Positions 36,025 through 37,638 of a stretch of 37,638 nt of DNA are shown in pieces; the first letter of the stretch is position 1, and the number at the start of each line of letters is the position of its first letter. Under the pieces are notes generated by a model, which had not been told where the DNA came from, made no database searches, and saw nothing but the letters and a program-made list of their open reading frames with translations. This DNA is from an uncultured Candidatus Planktophila sp. (GTDB lineage: Bacteria; Actinomycetota; Actinomycetes; Nanopelagicales; Nanopelagicaceae), in NCBI GenBank assembly GCA_964624105.1, contig CAZUWN010000001.1:1-37638 (forward strand). Direction: 5' to 3'. The position numbers and the translations under genes are program-made.

Positions 36025-36864
36025 TTATAAGCGACAAGCGTGGATGTCAGTTACCAAGATGCCGCGAGCACCGATCGTCCAAAGATCATCCATCACGGCG
36101 TTTGTGTCTTGACGTGGCACCATGGCACGAACCGCAACCCAGTCGGCTTTTTGTAGTGGCGAAATAGTTGGCGACTCTAATCCTGGTGTTAGTTCGCAGG
36201 CACGATCAAGAGCGCTCTTTGGAATGTCGTAATCAAGCAATACATATTGACGAGCAGTAACAACACCTTGCAAGCGGCGCATAAGAATTTCTAGGCCATC
36301 AGCTTGGCTGGCATTCTTAATCAATACCGCTTCACTGTTAAGAATTGGTTCGCCGAAAATCTTCAGCCCTGCTTGTCGCAAGGTATTTCCGGTACTGACT
36401 ACATCGGCAATCACATCTGCAACCCCGAGCCGCACACTGCTTTCGACTGCGCCGTCTAAGCGAACAACCTCAGCCGAAATCTTCAACTCTTTCAAGTGAT
36501 TTGCGACCAAACCAGGATAAGCAGTGGCGATACGCTTTCCAGCCAGATCACTTATCTTCCAATCCCGATCGGCGCTGCCAGCGAAACGAAATGTTGAACC
36601 ACCGAAACCCAGACTTAAGATTTCTTTCGCAGGTGCACCTGAGTCAATCAGTAAATCGCGACCGGTGATGCCAGCTTCTAGTTCGCCAGATCCAACATAG
36701 ATCGCAATATCGCGTGGTCGCAAGTAATAAAACTCGACACCATTTTCCGGATCCAATAGAACTAGATCACGAGCATCAACCCGTTGGCGATAGCCCGCCT
36801 CTTTTAAAATGGCTATTGATGAGTCAGCCAGAGAACCCTTGTTCGGAACAGCAATGCGAATCAT
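36025..36864 (-). CDS. hisG: ATP phosphoribosyltransferase (long form)
   Basis: [57 protein letters not shown]. Confidence 0.96.
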   Translation of the reverse strand: MIRIAVPNKGSLADSSIAILKEAGYRQRVDARDLVLLDPENGVEFYYLRPRDIAIYVGSGELEAGITGRDLLIDSGAPAKEILSLGFGGSTFRFAGSADRDWKISDLAGKRIATAYPGLVANHLKELKISAEVVRLDGAVESSVRLGVADVIADVVSTGNTLRQAGLKIFGEPILNSEAVLIKNASQADGLEILMRRLQGVVTARQYVLLDYDIPKSALDRACELTPGLESPTISPLQKADWVAVRAMVPRQDTNAVMDDLWTIGARGILVTDIHACRL

Positions 36865-36873
36865 GATTTACTC

Positions 36874-37137
36874 CTACAAGTAGCGATAAACATCGGCGAG
36901 TGAAATTTTGCGAGCTAACATCAGAACTTGCAAGTGATACAGCAGCTGACTGATCTCTTCGGCTAGCGCCTCATCGCCCTCATGTTCAGCAGCTAGCCAA
37001 ACTTCACCAGCTTCTTCTAGAACTTTCTTGCCAATTGAATGAACTCCAGCGCTAACCGCAGTTACGGTGGCCGAGTCAGGTGACTGGGATGCGACTTTCT
37101 CAGCTAGCTCAGCGAAGAGCGATTCAAATGACTTCAT
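36874..37137 (-). CDS. hisE: Phosphoribosyl-ATP pyrophosphatase
   Basis: [42 protein letters not shown]. Confidence 0.95.
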   Translation of the reverse strand: MKSFESLFAELAEKVASQSPDSATVTAVSAGVHSIGKKVLEEAGEVWLAAEHEGDEALAEEISQLLYHLQVLMLARKISLADVYRYL

Positions 37138-37189
37138 GGGATCAGTTTACTTCAGGTGCGTTGATCGCGAGCCACTATTAATAGCGTGA

Positions 37190-37638
37190 CTAATTCTTTG
37201 CTGTTTGGGCCTTTTCGCGCAGAATAGTGACCATTTGCGCTGGGTCTGCGCTGTTAAATACCGCGCTGCCAGCTACGAAAGTATCGGCGCCAGCACCAGC
37301 TGCAGACTCGATCGTTTCGAGCGAGATGCCGCCATCAACTTGCAGCCAAATTGCTTTAGTTCCTATTTCTTTGCGCGCTTGCGCAATCTTCGGCAGCTGA
37401 TCAGTCATAAATTTCTGTCCGCCGAAACCTGGTTCAACCGTCATGATCAGTAACATGTCGAGGTCATCTAGAAACTCTAGGTATGGATCAAGTGGAGTCT
37501 TGGGCTTAAGTGCCAACGATGCACGGGCGCCATTGCTACGAATTGCCTTTAAGGTGCCTCGAATATCAGTTGTGGCTTCAGCATGAATTGTCACGCTAGC
37601 ACATCCCACTTCAGCATACTTTGGGGCGATCTGATCGA
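37190..37638 (-). CDS. rpe: Ribulose-phosphate 3-epimerase (5' truncated by window edge)
   Basis: VTIHAE, LIMTVEPGFGGQKF, LQVDGGI, GADTFVAGSAVF; the frame is open to the window end. Confidence 0.95.
   Translation of the reverse strand, partial: DQIAPKYAEVGCASVTIHAEATTDIRGTLKAIRSNGARASLALKPKTPLDPYLEFLDDLDMLLIMTVEPGFGGQKFMTDQLPKIAQARKEIGTKAIWLQVDGGISLETIESAAGAGADTFVAGSAVFNSADPAQMVTILREKAQTAKN

Overview
This is a gene-dense core-genome window from an actinobacterium with moderate GC (roughly mid-to-high 40s %, judged by eye). Very short intergenic spacers and gene content suggest a streamlined freshwater acI / 'Ca. Nanopelagicales'-like lineage (inference). From left to right it contains: the conserved pgsA2-gcvH-FHA(GarA-like)-MerR(FtsR-like)-DUF151-MerR-gcvP cluster; a minus-strand trmI-pafB-pafC-tatA-tatC-DAG kinase-helY-5'-3' exonuclease-lnt run; a RecB/Cas4-like nuclease; HAD-metH-mshC with the uncharacterised SCO1664 kinase/DUF3090/histidine-phosphatase trio; an aldo-keto reductase, an M20 peptidase, tRNA-Leu(GAG), apt, an AT3-SGNH O-acyltransferase, tdk, an alcohol dehydrogenase, DUF554, a YczE-like protein, an NCS2 permease, ung, an ABC ATPase, serB, hisG, hisE and a partial rpe. 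I found no mobile element, CRISPR array or clearly novel defence system. The most interesting points are: (1) the Pup-proteasome block is missing between trmI and pafBC; (2) a PafBC-type promoter sits directly on a leaderless Fe-S RecB/Cas4-like nuclease; (3) the kinase/DUF3090/phosphatase trio persists next to mshC; (4) the NCS2 permease has a structured three-way-junction-like leader; (5) leaderless promoters are pervasive; (6) a tatA gene was missed by the ORF track.
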